Assembly: GCA_035546575.1 (NCBI GenBank)
Contig: DASZWN010000003.1
Coordinates: 1,530-65,529, forward strand
Reading direction: 5' to 3'
Source of the DNA: Minisyncoccota bacterium
GTDB taxonomy: Bacteria; Patescibacteriota; Minisyncoccia; Phycocordibacterales; SBAW01
Length of the DNA: 64,000 nucleotides
The notes beneath the pieces were generated by a model, which saw only the letters and a list, made by a program, of their open reading frames with translations, made no database searches and had not been told where the DNA came from. A program made the translations under genes and the position numbers. Positions 1 to 8,808 of this stretch are shown here, one piece after another (position 1 is the stretch's first letter; each line of letters begins with the position of its first letter).

Positions 1-2
1 CG

Positions 3-152
3 TGCACCTATGATGGTTCTGCCCTCACTATCGACCCTAAAGAATTAGAAGATATGAAATGGGTTTCGAGAGAAGAGCTAAAAACACTCCCTATGTTTGA
101 AGACGACGGCACCGTGGGGACTATACGTGCGCTCCTTGCCCAAATAAGGTAA
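3..152 (+). CDS. 3' end of a CDS entering from the left, probably a NUDIX-type hydrolase
   Basis: Frame 3 reads ...IDPKELEDMKWVSREELKTLPMF...IRALLAQIR* (TAA 150-152); the E-x-x-x-x-x-W-V-S-x-E-E-L pattern resembles NUDIX C-termini. Confidence 0.5.
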   Translation, partial: CTYDGSALTIDPKELEDMKWVSREELKTLPMFEDDGTVGTIRALLAQIR

Positions 153-163
153 CTTGTAGCCAA

Positions 164-249
164 GGGCACGTGGCGGAATCTGGTATACGCGTACGTCTCA
201 GAAGCGTATCCCGTAAGGGTTGGGAGTTCGAGTCTCCCCGTGCCCACCA
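164..249 (+). tRNA. tRNA-Leu (anticodon CAG), CCA encoded
   Basis: Acceptor GGGCACG/CGTGCCC, D-loop TGG, anticodon loop CT-CAG-AA, long variable arm, T-loop GTTCGAGT, ends in ACCA. Confidence 0.96.
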
Positions 250-253
250 GACT

Positions 254-1585
254 ATGGAACCATGGAAGGATTATTTTAAAGGCAAGCGCATTACCGTAAT
301 GGGCCTTGGGCTCCTCGGCCGCGGAGTGGGGGATGCTGCATTTTTGGCGCCTCTATGCGCCGAACTTATGGTGACCGACCTCAAAAGCGAGGCCGAGCTT
401 GCCGACTCGCTGAGACAGCTGAAAGATTTTAAAAATATTACGTTCCATTTAGGCGGTCACCAGCTCATAGACTTCCAGAACCGCGACCTGATACTCAAGG
501 CCGCAGGAGTACCGCTCGACTCGCTATATATCGCGGAGGCAAAGAAAAATAATACACCAGTGCGCATGAGCGCCGACCTTTTTATGGAGCTCTCTGGAGT
601 CACCTCAGTAGGTATCACCGGCACGCGCGGCAAGTCAACCGTAACGCACATGCTCGCGCATATACTCAAGACTGCCGGTAAAAAGGTTTTACTTGGCGGC
701 AATGTGCGCGGTGTCTCAACCTTGGCGCTTTTGCCGGAAGCAACACCTGAGGCAATTGCCGTACTTGAGCTGGACTCATGGCAGTGCCAAGGGCTCGCAG
801 ACGGAAAGCTGAGCCCTCATGTGGCGGTGTTTACCACTTTTCTGCCCGACCACATGAACTACTACAAAAACGACATGCGATTGTACTTTGCCGACAAGGC
901 GAACATATTTTTGTATCAAAAACCAACCGACATGCTTGTGGTAGGTGAGCAGGTTGCACCTCTTATAAAAGAGTATGGTTATCAAGACAAGGTGGTAGCA
1001 CAGACAGTTACTGCGGGAGTAAAAGATATTCCGGCGCAGTGGCATCTCAAAGTTCCCGGCGAGCATAATCGCTACGACGCCGGGGTTGCTGCAGCTGCGG
1101 CTCGCGTACTTGGTATCAATGACAACACTATTAAAGAGGCGCTGGAGTCGTTTGAGGGGGTGCCAGGCCGCTTGCAGTTTATACGAGAAGTCCGCGGAAT
1201 CAAAATCTATAACGACACTACGGCAACCGTGCCAGAGGCAACCATAGCAGCACTCGAAGCGCTTGATCCAAATGATAAAAAGAATGTCGTCCTTATCATG
1301 GGCGGTGCCGACAAAGGGCTCGATATGTCGCGACTGGTCGCGACAATCCCTAGGCACTGCAAAAAAGTGCTGCTGCTCGCAGGCACCGGGAGCGAACGTA
1401 TCAAATCTGAGCTTCCTAACAGTTTGATATATCAAACTACGACTGATGCTGTGTCCGCTGCTCTTGCAGCTGCAACAACCGGCGACATTATTCTCCTCAG
1501 TCCGGCCTTTGCCTCATTTGGCATGTTTAAGAACGAGTACGATCGCGGCGAGCAGTTTAACGCTATCGTGGCGGCACTAGCATAA
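254..1585 (+). CDS. murD: UDP-N-acetylmuramoyl-L-alanine--D-glutamate ligase
   Basis: GLGLLG N-terminus, GITGTRGKST P-loop, ELDSWQ, DHMNYY, LLSPAFASFGMFKNEYDRG. Start moved to ATG 254 because the track ORF runs through the tRNA. Confidence 0.93.
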   Translation: MEPWKDYFKGKRITVMGLGLLGRGVGDAAFLAPLCAELMVTDLKSEAELADSLRQLKDFKNITFHLGGHQLIDFQNRDLILKAAGVPLDSLYIAEAKKNNTPVRMSADLFMELSGVTSVGITGTRGKSTVTHMLAHILKTAGKKVLLGGNVRGVSTLALLPEATPEAIAVLELDSWQCQGLADGKLSPHVAVFTTFLPDHMNYYKNDMRLYFADKANIFLYQKPTDMLVVGEQVAPLIKEYGYQDKVVAQTVTAGVKDIPAQWHLKVPGEHNRYDAGVAAAAARVLGINDNTIKEALESFEGVPGRLQFIREVRGIKIYNDTTATVPEATIAALEALDPNDKKNVVLIMGGADKGLDMSRLVATIPRHCKKVLLLAGTGSERIKSELPNSLIYQTTTDAVSAALAAATTGDIILLSPAFASFGMFKNEYDRGEQFNAIVAALA

Positions 1586-2346
1586 TGATAGGCATTTTTG
1601 ACTCCGGCTCGGGCGGGCTCACAGTACTTAGGGCAATCCGCAACGTTTTGCCTTCGTGCGACGTGCTCTATTTTGGCGATATTAAACATGCACCGTACGG
1701 CTCTAAATCGCGCGAAGAGTTAAGCAATCTCACGATTGACGCCATTAAGCTTTTATACGATCGCGGCGCACGCAACATAGTGAGTGCATGCAATAGTGTC
1801 TCGGCATCGCTCGCAGTCTCTTTGCTCGATGCATCTGATATCGCACCTACGCACTTAATAGAGATGGTGGGGCCGACAGTCGCGTATTTTAAAGGCTCCG
1901 GTGCACGGATTCTTTTGTGCGCGACCCCGGCAACTATCGAATCGACAATTTACCAGAGCGCATTCCGTATGATCGGTAAAAACATTACAACAGTAGCAAT
2001 CTCCGAACTTGCAGGTGCCATTGAATTTGCAAAATCTAGAGAAGAGATACAAAAAATACTAACAGAAGCTTTTGCAAACATCTCGCTTGCCGATTTTGAC
2101 GTACTTATCTTAGGTTGTACGCACTATCCGCTTGTGCTCGACTTATTTACCCAGGTACTACCCAAAACAATTGCAGTGTTTGATCCGGCACTGGCAGTTG
2201 CGGAGCGTGTCGAGCGGCAGTTTTGGCCGCAAGAAGCAGGGGATGCCATAACCCAGTTTGTAATCAGCAAGGATTCCGAGCCTTTTAGAACTTTTGCTGC
2301 AAAGCTTTTCCCTGGGCAAAAGTATACGGTCGAAGTGATAGAGTAA
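1585..2346 (+). CDS. murI: glutamate racemase
   Basis: IGIFDSGSGGLTV, PYG, ACNS and LGCTHYP catalytic motifs. Confidence 0.93.
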   Translation: MIGIFDSGSGGLTVLRAIRNVLPSCDVLYFGDIKHAPYGSKSREELSNLTIDAIKLLYDRGARNIVSACNSVSASLAVSLLDASDIAPTHLIEMVGPTVAYFKGSGARILLCATPATIESTIYQSAFRMIGKNITTVAISELAGAIEFAKSREEIQKILTEAFANISLADFDVLILGCTHYPLVLDLFTQVLPKTIAVFDPALAVAERVERQFWPQEAGDAITQFVISKDSEPFRTFAAKLFPGQKYTVEVIE

Positions 2347-2350
2347 TACC

Positions 2351-3655
2351 ATGCAAGGCAAGAAGATATACATCGTCGGTATCGGCGGCATAGGGCTCTC
2401 CTCGCTTGCGCAGCTCTATCTCCATGAGGGAGCGCGCGTCTCTGGCTCGGACCGTTCCGACTCCCCAACAACCGAGCTCTTGCGCTCAAAAGGCGTCGAG
2501 GTCTTTGTAGGGCACCATGCAGAGCAAGTGCCAACCGACGCCGATTTGCTTGTGTACAGCGATGCGGTTCTAGAGGGCTCCGAGGGGTTTGTGGAGCGCG
2601 TACAAGCACAAGATCTGGGGATCCCCGAACTTTCCTACGCAGAAGCGCTTGGCAAAATGACCGAAGGCAAAAAGGTTATTGCTATCGCTGGTGCGCACGG
2701 CAAGACAACCACGACCGCGATGACTATCGATGTGCTAGAGGCTGCAGGGCTCGACCCCACGGGAGTGGTGGGCTCTTTGCGCGCAAAAACCAAAAGCAAT
2801 TTCCGCGCAGGTAAAGGGGAGTACTTTGTAGTAGAGGCAGACGAGTATCTTCGGCACTTTCTTAACTACACGCCGTATATTTTGGTAATTACTAATATCG
2901 AGGCCGATCACCTCGATTACTTTAAAGACCTCGCCGATGTGCAATCAGCATTTAGAGAGCTTGCGCAAAAAATCCCAGCCGACGGATTTGTGGTGTGCGA
3001 TACCTCTAGCCATGAAGTGCAGCCGGTTATTAAAGATCTGGAGTGCAATCTCGTTGATTATCGATCGCATTTTGACCCAGACCTGGCTCTCAGAGTGTTG
3101 CCTCTTCACAGAATAAACGCTGCTGCGGTGATGGCGGTGGCCCACATTGTGGGGATAGACGAGATGGTGGCACGTAAAGCGCTTGAGGATTTTGTCGGCA
3201 CGTGGCGCCGGTTTGAATATAAAGGAAAGACAGCGAGCGGCGCCTTGGTGTACGACGACTATGGTCACCATCCGACCGAAATTTCAACAACGCTCAAAAG
3301 CGTGCGCGAGCAATTTCCAGACAAGCGGATTATTGTTGCCTTCCACCCGCACCTCTACAGCCGCACTAAGGCCCTGATGGCAGAGTTTGCAAAAGCGTTT
3401 GTTGATGCCGATGAGATTTTGATCGCACCTATCTTTGCAGCAAGAGAAAAGCCGGACCCGACAGTTACTAGTGCAATTCTTGCAGAGCGCATTAAGGCAG
3501 AAGGAAAAAACGCGCAGGCTGTAGACTCGCTCGAGGCCGTAGAGGACTATATTAAAAACAAGACACAAGAGGGAGACGTGGTAGTGACCATGGGTGCCGG
3601 AGACATATACAAAGCAGGGGAGAGAAGCCTGCCTGCCGGTAGGCAGGGCTCTTGA
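2351..3655 (+). CDS. murC: UDP-N-acetylmuramate--L-alanine ligase
   Basis: GIGGIGLSSLA, AGAHGKTTTT, EADE, DHLDY, DDYGHHPTE, HLYSRT, MGAGDI. Confidence 0.95.
   Translation: MQGKKIYIVGIGGIGLSSLAQLYLHEGARVSGSDRSDSPTTELLRSKGVEVFVGHHAEQVPTDADLLVYSDAVLEGSEGFVERVQAQDLGIPELSYAEALGKMTEGKKVIAIAGAHGKTTTTAMTIDVLEAAGLDPTGVVGSLRAKTKSNFRAGKGEYFVVEADEYLRHFLNYTPYILVITNIEADHLDYFKDLADVQSAFRELAQKIPADGFVVCDTSSHEVQPVIKDLECNLVDYRSHFDPDLALRVLPLHRINAAAVMAVAHIVGIDEMVARKALEDFVGTWRRFEYKGKTASGALVYDDYGHHPTEISTTLKSVREQFPDKRIIVAFHPHLYSRTKALMAEFAKAFVDADEILIAPIFAAREKPDPTVTSAILAERIKAEGKNAQAVDSLEAVEDYIKNKTQEGDVVVTMGAGDIYKAGERSLPAGRQGS
3628..3647. repeat. palindromic REP-like element CCTGCCTGCCGGTAGGCAGG inside the murC 3' end (encodes LPAGRQG)
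   Basis: Near-perfect 20-bp palindrome; further copies at 4985-5005 and 43993-44012. Confidence 0.85.
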
Positions 3656-3683
3656 AACCAAATAAAAGGTAGTAGTGTTCTAT

Positions 3684-3717
3684 AAAAATGAAGCGGGCCA
3701 CCCTTAAATGGGTGGCC
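3684..3717 (-). terminator. intrinsic terminator between convergent murC and the small minus-strand gene
   Basis: GGCCACCC-ttaaat-GGGTGGCC stem (3696-3717), followed on the minus strand by TTCATTTTTA. Confidence 0.65.
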
Positions 3718-3736
3718 GCGCCAATTCTGGGTGGCA

Positions 3737-3991
3737 CTAGGCCGCCTGAATTTCTTCCAGCGTCTTGAAGTACTCGCCAGGGTTTTTAGTAGTAAACGGC
3801 TTATGAGCCGTATCACTGACGCATGCCCAACGAAAAGGATCAACTGGCTCACAGAATGCAGGCTCTTTGCATGCATTCCGGTTGCAACAGAAATCCTTGC
3901 GGCTGTTCCATGTGCGACGGATCTCCTCCGCCGTTTCAGGAGAAATCTCCGTGTAGGAAAAATCATCAGCCTTAATGGCTTGGCTTTGCAT
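3737..3991 (-). CDS. small Cys-rich hypothetical protein (84 aa)
   Basis: AAGGAG Shine-Dalgarno before ATG 3991; CCxxxxC-x4-C-x9-C-x5-H; downstream terminator. Confidence 0.6.
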   Translation of the reverse strand: MQSQAIKADDFSYTEISPETAEEIRRTWNSRKDFCCNRNACKEPAFCEPVDPFRWACVSDTAHKPFTTKNPGEYFKTLEEIQAA

Positions 3992-4076
3992 TACCAACTC
4001 CTTTTCTGTGAGGAACTTTGAAAGAATTTTACTGAACTTATTTGAAAAAGTCAATATTTTGTAGTAGGGTAGAGGC

Positions 4077-4781
4077 ATGCAAAACCCCTTCGACCCTGCT
4101 CAGGGTAAACTGTTTGTAGTGGCAACCCCCATCGGCAACCTCGAGGACATTACCTTGCGGGCTCTGCGCGTACTCAAAGAGGCCGATGTTATTGCCTGTG
4201 AGGACACGCGTGTCACAAAAAAGCTCTTGGCTCATTTTGACATCCACACGCCTACCGTTGCGTTCCACGCCAACAGCGGGGTAAAAGGGTTTGAAAAAAT
4301 CGTGGCGCTTTTGGAGGAGGGCAAGCATGTGGTACTTGTGTCTGATGCCGGCACGCCGGGGGTATCCGACCCAGGGCTTGAGCTTGTCTCGGTGGTCCGC
4401 GAACGTCTGCCAGAGGCTACCGTAGAGGCAATTCCTGGACCCTCGGCGCTTGTGGCGGCCCTTTCTATCGCAGGTCTGCGGGCCTCCTCATTCACTTTTT
4501 ACGGCTTTTTGCCGCTCAAAAAGGGCCGGGAGACTATATTTAAAGAGATAGCGGCAAGCGATCGAGCAAGCGTGATGTATGAATCGCCGCACCGGATACT
4601 CAAAACGCTGGGGAGCCTCAAGACATACCTTGAGGAGGAGCGCCGTGTGGGCATTTTCCGCGAGCTCACCAAGCTGTATGAAGAGTCCATAGTCGGTTCG
4701 GCAGCCGAGGTGCTCAACTATTTTGAACAAAACCCCGACAAAATCCGCGGAGAATTTGTGGTGATAGTAGAAGGACGGTAG
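4077..4781 (+). CDS. rsmI: 16S rRNA (cytidine1402-2'-O)-methyltransferase
   Basis: VATPIGNLEDIT, CEDTR, SDAGTPGVSDPG, YESPHR, RELTKLYE, RGEFV. Confidence 0.96.
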   Translation: MQNPFDPAQGKLFVVATPIGNLEDITLRALRVLKEADVIACEDTRVTKKLLAHFDIHTPTVAFHANSGVKGFEKIVALLEEGKHVVLVSDAGTPGVSDPGLELVSVVRERLPEATVEAIPGPSALVAALSIAGLRASSFTFYGFLPLKKGRETIFKEIAASDRASVMYESPHRILKTLGSLKTYLEEERRVGIFRELTKLYEESIVGSAAEVLNYFEQNPDKIRGEFVVIVEGR

Positions 4782-4790
4782 AATAGAGAC

Positions 4791-5072
4791 ATGTCTAAAG
4801 AGATGACGGTGATCGTGCTGGGCATCTGGCTTATTGCTGTGCCGTACCTAGGTGTGCCGGGCTCATGGCGCACGGTCATTGTTATAGGAACCGGCATCAT
4901 CGTTGCCGGAGTAGGATTTTTCTTGCGCGCAGAAGCGATTGGCCGCAGTGGTGCTCGCCATCAACATAGAACATTCGTAGAAAACCTGCCTACCGGTCAG
5001 GCAGGCGCAGATATGGCTGCTTCGGAATCAATGATGCATGACCACAAAGAAAGAATCACCTCGCTCAACTAA
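4791..5072 (+). CDS. small two-TM membrane protein
   Basis: Two hydrophobic helices around PYLGVPGSW; TAGAAT 6 nt upstream of the ATG. Confidence 0.7.
   Translation: MSKEMTVIVLGIWLIAVPYLGVPGSWRTVIVIGTGIIVAGVGFFLRAEAIGRSGARHQHRTFVENLPTGQAGADMAASESMMHDHKERITSLN
4985..5005. repeat. REP-like palindrome copy (reverse orientation, +1 nt), in frame, encoding LPTGQAG
   Basis: CCTGCCTACCGGTCAGGCAGG. Confidence 0.75.
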
Positions 5073-6198
5073 ACATGCTCTCGCTATCTTTGGCGCGTCT
5101 GCTTTTGTGGTAGGCGCGGCTTTTGTCTTTGCGTATGGGCCGCTGCCACAATTCCTTTCAGTTACATACTCAGAGGGCACGGCAACCACCACACAGTCGA
5201 ACAACCCAGATGTACCGCCGCCTCCGCCGCCGCTCGACAAAATGGCCTATGACCTAAAGCTACTCGCGCTCGCCCACGTTGCAACCTCAAGCCCGTGGTA
5301 CAGCGCATTCCTCCAAGGCACCACAACGATAATGCTAGCGGGTGCTACCACAACAACCAAAGTTACTCCGAAGCTGTGGCCGGTACATGCCGTGTATCCG
5401 GCCGATGGTCGCGCACTTTTGCCGTTTAACAGGATCGTCGCGTATTACGGGAACTTTTATTCCCGCGGCATGGGCGTATTAGGCCAATATGACCCGGAGG
5501 AGATGCTTGCGCGCTTGGCCTCAACAACCGCGCAGTGGGCTGCGGCCGACCCCTCCACACCTGTTATCCCCGCACTCCACTACATTGTTGAGGTTGCTCA
5601 AGCGTCGGCAGGCAAAGACGGTATGTATCGTGCGCGCATGCCCGATGATCAGATCGAAAAGGCTCTTGAGTTGGCAAAACAAATTAACGGCGTGGTCTTT
5701 CTCGACTTTCAGGTAGGGTTGAGCGATGTGCAGACTGAGCTCCCGATCTATGAAGAGTATCTCAAACTGCCAAACGTGCAGTTGGGTATCGACCCGGAGT
5801 TTGCGATGAAAACCAGCGGCGCCAAGCCGGGGCGCGTCATTGGCACGCTCGATGCTGCGGATATTAATTGGGCGATACAGTATCTCTCTAAACTCGTAGA
5901 AAAAGATAATCTGCCTCCAAAAATCCTGATGATCCACCGTTTTACGATGGACATGGTCACCAACTATAAACAGATAAAACCGACGCCGCAGGTGCAATTT
6001 GTCATGGATATGGATGGCTGGGGTGAGCAGGCAAGAAAAGAAAATACCTATCAGCTTGCAGTGCAGGGGCAACCAGTGCAATTTACAGGCTTTAAGTTAT
6101 TCTATAAGAACGACCTTCTTCCGCCTTCAACCGGCATGATGACGCCCGAGCAAGTACTCAAACTCACACCCGCCCCCGTCTACATTCAGTACCAATGA
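5038..6198 (+). CDS. membrane-anchored extracytoplasmic hypothetical protein (possibly alpha/beta-barrel, carbohydrate-active)
   Basis: N-terminal TM, poly-Pro linker, globular domain with RIVAYYG, LDFQVG, LGIDPEF, HRF, DMDGWG, GFKLFY. Confidence 0.75.
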   Translation: MTTKKESPRSTKHALAIFGASAFVVGAAFVFAYGPLPQFLSVTYSEGTATTTQSNNPDVPPPPPPLDKMAYDLKLLALAHVATSSPWYSAFLQGTTTIMLAGATTTTKVTPKLWPVHAVYPADGRALLPFNRIVAYYGNFYSRGMGVLGQYDPEEMLARLASTTAQWAAADPSTPVIPALHYIVEVAQASAGKDGMYRARMPDDQIEKALELAKQINGVVFLDFQVGLSDVQTELPIYEEYLKLPNVQLGIDPEFAMKTSGAKPGRVIGTLDAADINWAIQYLSKLVEKDNLPPKILMIHRFTMDMVTNYKQIKPTPQVQFVMDMDGWGEQARKENTYQLAVQGQPVQFTGFKLFYKNDLLPPSTGMMTPEQVLKLTPAPVYIQYQ

Positions 6199-7229
6199 AA
6201 AAGGACATAGTCGTTTGGTGTTTTGTAGGAGCGCTTATTATCGCGGGTATTGTAGCTGCGATGTGGCCGAAGGCGCTCGCAGAAATTGCTACAGACACCT
6301 CACATATTTTTGGCACACCAACCATACACAACCCGTCGGTACTGTTTGTGGGCGACATTATGCTCGACCGCGACGTGGCGGTACATGCCCAGCAGGCGGG
6401 GGACGATGCGCTTTTTGCAGGCGCTGCAGACCTCTTTAGCGGCTACGATTTGCGCATTGGAAACTTGGAGGGCACTATAACCACCAACAAGTCTATAGCG
6501 CAGCAGGACCACACCATACTGCGCTTTACCTTTGACCCGCGTTTTGCAAAGGTCTTAGCGCAAGCGGGTTTTGATGCTCTGAGTCTGGCCAACAATCATT
6601 CGCTGGACTTTGGCGAGTTTGGGTATGACGACACCGTAAGCTACCTCAGCAAACAAAATATTCCTGCGTTTGGCTCGCCCTTTAATGAGCAGCATTTGGC
6701 GGTGCGCGTCTCGGCCTCGGGCCTGCGCCTTTGCATGCTGGGATACATGGACCTTTTTAAATCCGACCCAACGAGCATTATTAACAAAATACAAGATATA
6801 CGGGGTGAGTGCGACAAGGTAATCGTTATGCCGCACTGGGGGGTCGAGTATCAGCACAGCCCGACCGCGCAGCAGGTATCGCTGGCACACGAGTTTATCG
6901 ACGCCGGTGCCGATGTGATAATCGGCTCGCACCCGCATGTGGTGGAGCCGCTAGAGATATATAAAGGCAAAGCGATCTTTTATTCGCTCGGCAACTTTAT
7001 CTTCGACCAGCATTGGCAACCAGAAGTCATGCGCGGACTCGCGGTTGGCATAGAATTTGGTGAGAAATCTACGCGCTTTACGCTCACGCCGGTCTCTACC
7101 AATATGGAAGCAAAAGTAGCAGACGAGGTAGTAACAAAAGCTGTACTAAACGATGTAGTAACGCCCGACCTCTCAGTCGACATGGCTAACTCGATCCTCA
7201 CGACAAGCTCGTTTGAGCTTCCGTATTAG
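6195..7229 (+). CDS. CapA / PGA_cap family metallophosphoesterase-fold protein
   Basis: GDIML, NLEG, LANNHSLD, HWGVEY, GSHPHV, YSLGNFIFDQ. Confidence 0.9.
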   Translation: MKKDIVVWCFVGALIIAGIVAAMWPKALAEIATDTSHIFGTPTIHNPSVLFVGDIMLDRDVAVHAQQAGDDALFAGAADLFSGYDLRIGNLEGTITTNKSIAQQDHTILRFTFDPRFAKVLAQAGFDALSLANNHSLDFGEFGYDDTVSYLSKQNIPAFGSPFNEQHLAVRVSASGLRLCMLGYMDLFKSDPTSIINKIQDIRGECDKVIVMPHWGVEYQHSPTAQQVSLAHEFIDAGADVIIGSHPHVVEPLEIYKGKAIFYSLGNFIFDQHWQPEVMRGLAVGIEFGEKSTRFTLTPVSTNMEAKVADEVVTKAVLNDVVTPDLSVDMANSILTTSSFELPY

Positions 7230-7233
7230 AACG

Positions 7234-7261
7234 AAAACACCACCCTCTCGGGTGGTGTTTT
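7234..7261. terminator. bidirectional intrinsic terminator
   Basis: AAAACACCACCC-tctc-GGGTGGTGTTTT. Confidence 0.85.
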
Positions 7262-7310
7262 CTGTATTTCGTCTCTACCGGCTCCACCCATCGCGAGATG
7301 GGACTTGTCG
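7234..7310 (-). ncRNA. putative small RNA complementary to the neighbouring tRNA-like RNA
   Basis: Minus-strand promoter TTGACC(7344-7339)-16 nt-TATACT(7322-7317) with extended TG; ends at the 7234-7261 terminator; 17-nt exact complement to the tRNA-like RNA. Confidence 0.5.
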
Positions 7311-7380
7311 CTCACAAGTATAGCAAAGCAGTGATTTTGGTCAATAGCTCAAAAGAGCTTGATTAATAGGCATGTTCTGA

Positions 7381-7448
7381 AGCCGGTGGAGGGGGTCGAA
7401 CCCTCAAGACGAAAATGACAAGTCCCATCTCGCAACCATGCCACCGGC
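7381..7448 (-). ncRNA. degenerate tRNA-like RNA (Thr-UGU-like): intact acceptor stem and T-arm, collapsed D and anticodon arms
   Basis: GCCGGTG/CACCGGC, GAGGG-TTCGACC-CCCTC, CT-TGT-CA; own promoter TTGACT(7484-7479)-16 nt-TATAGT(7462-7457). Confidence 0.6.
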
Positions 7449-7506
7449 TGAGGTGCACTATAGATGAAGAGAATTTGAAGTCAAATTTTAAGGATATACT
7501 AAAGCC

Positions 7507-8127
7507 GTGGAAGATCCCTCCCATTTCCAACCGACTTACGAACACAAACATTGGCATTGGCTGCTGTGGCTAGGCCTGTTTACTTTTGCCCTTTTAGCCG
7601 GCGGGTTTGTGTATGTGGGGTATTTCCAAAATCCTCAGGCGCCAATTATCACCACGAGTGTCGAAGATTCTAGTTTGCCCTCCGGGGCAGACCCGCAAAC
7701 TTTCCAGGTAGTAGGCATGTTCTATACGAAAGACGCAACACATGTCTGGACGACTTATACAGGTCCAGCTGATCCGGAACCTCCTCGTCTCGTGGATGCA
7801 GACCCTGCGACTTTTCAATTAGTTCAGGATGGTTTTGAGTATGGCATCCATGCCAGAGATAAAAACAATTTGTTTTGGGGAGGGGATAACGTTACGCCTG
7901 ATGGTTTTGATATTGCCTCAATGCAAATCATAGGAAACGCCGGAGGCGATATTGTAGAACATGTTTACATTAAGGATAAAGATGCGGTATATGCAGCTTT
8001 CCTTGGATCAAAATTCCAGAAAGTTTCTGACGCTGACCCGGCAACCTTTATTCTTGCCCCAGGTCAATCCACGTATGACGCACAAGACAAAAATCACAAG
8101 TATTTACGGGGCAAAATAGTTGAGTAG
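7507..8127 (+). CDS. membrane-anchored DKNYY-repeat family protein
   Basis: N-terminal TM; repeats ADPQTF..YTKDATHV, ADPATF..ARDKNNLF, ADPATF..AQDKNHKY. Confidence 0.8.
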   Translation: MEDPSHFQPTYEHKHWHWLLWLGLFTFALLAGGFVYVGYFQNPQAPIITTSVEDSSLPSGADPQTFQVVGMFYTKDATHVWTTYTGPADPEPPRLVDADPATFQLVQDGFEYGIHARDKNNLFWGGDNVTPDGFDIASMQIIGNAGGDIVEHVYIKDKDAVYAAFLGSKFQKVSDADPATFILAPGQSTYDAQDKNHKYLRGKIVE

Positions 8128-8133
8128 TTTTAT

Positions 8134-8778
8134 ATGGAAGATCCGTCTCATTTTCAACCAACCTACGAGCACAAATATTGGCACGTTGTGCTGTGGGGTG
8201 GGCTGTTTTTAGCCGCAGTCCTAGCCGGCGGATATGTGTATGTAATCGCTCAGAATTCTGTGGACTCAGCCGCTCAGCTTACAGACGAACAAACTACCAT
8301 ACCCACGAGCAAATTTGTAAATGAGATTCAACTTCTTGCAGCTACCCAACTTACGTTTTCTTCATCAACTGAGGTGTGGTGGCTGTCCTATGGGGATTTA
8401 TTGATCTTTCCTAGACTTGAAAATGGGGAAGGTTGCTTTTTGTATCAGCGTGAAGATTTATGCAAACTCATAACTATCTCAGGTACGGAGTACACCGCAT
8501 ATATAAAGCCAGAGTCCAGCTCCGAGATAGAAAGTGCCTACAAGAAGTTCCTTAATGAACAGGGTTATGTTTTTATATATGAAATTGCAAAATCCCAGTT
8601 AAGCTCTGTATATGAAAAAATACTAGGTAGTAAGGTCCAACTAGTCGTTGTTGGCTCGGAGCTAGTACACGCCATCTCTTCGACTAATAAAAAAGATGTA
8701 AATGTTCCGCCGGACGATATGAGATTTGCGGTGTTTGTAAGTGATGTGTTTGACGTAAACGACACGACCACCCCCTAA
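8134..8778 (+). CDS. membrane-anchored hypothetical protein sharing its N-terminal leader with the upstream gene
   Basis: MEDPSHFQPTYEHK plus TM, followed by an unrelated C-terminal domain. Confidence 0.75.
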   Translation: MEDPSHFQPTYEHKYWHVVLWGGLFLAAVLAGGYVYVIAQNSVDSAAQLTDEQTTIPTSKFVNEIQLLAATQLTFSSSTEVWWLSYGDLLIFPRLENGEGCFLYQREDLCKLITISGTEYTAYIKPESSSEIESAYKKFLNEQGYVFIYEIAKSQLSSVYEKILGSKVQLVVVGSELVHAISSTNKKDVNVPPDDMRFAVFVSDVFDVNDTTTP

Positions 8779-8808
8779 GTCTCTAATCAAAGTGATATAA
8801 TCGGGCTA

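Noticed and set aside
170-253. N-terminal extension of the murD ORF in the track
   Set aside because: It reads through the tRNA-Leu gene; the real start is ATG 254
7381-7448. Functional canonical tRNA-Thr
   Set aside because: The D-arm is missing, the anticodon stem pairs poorly and U8 is absent; reported as tRNA-like instead
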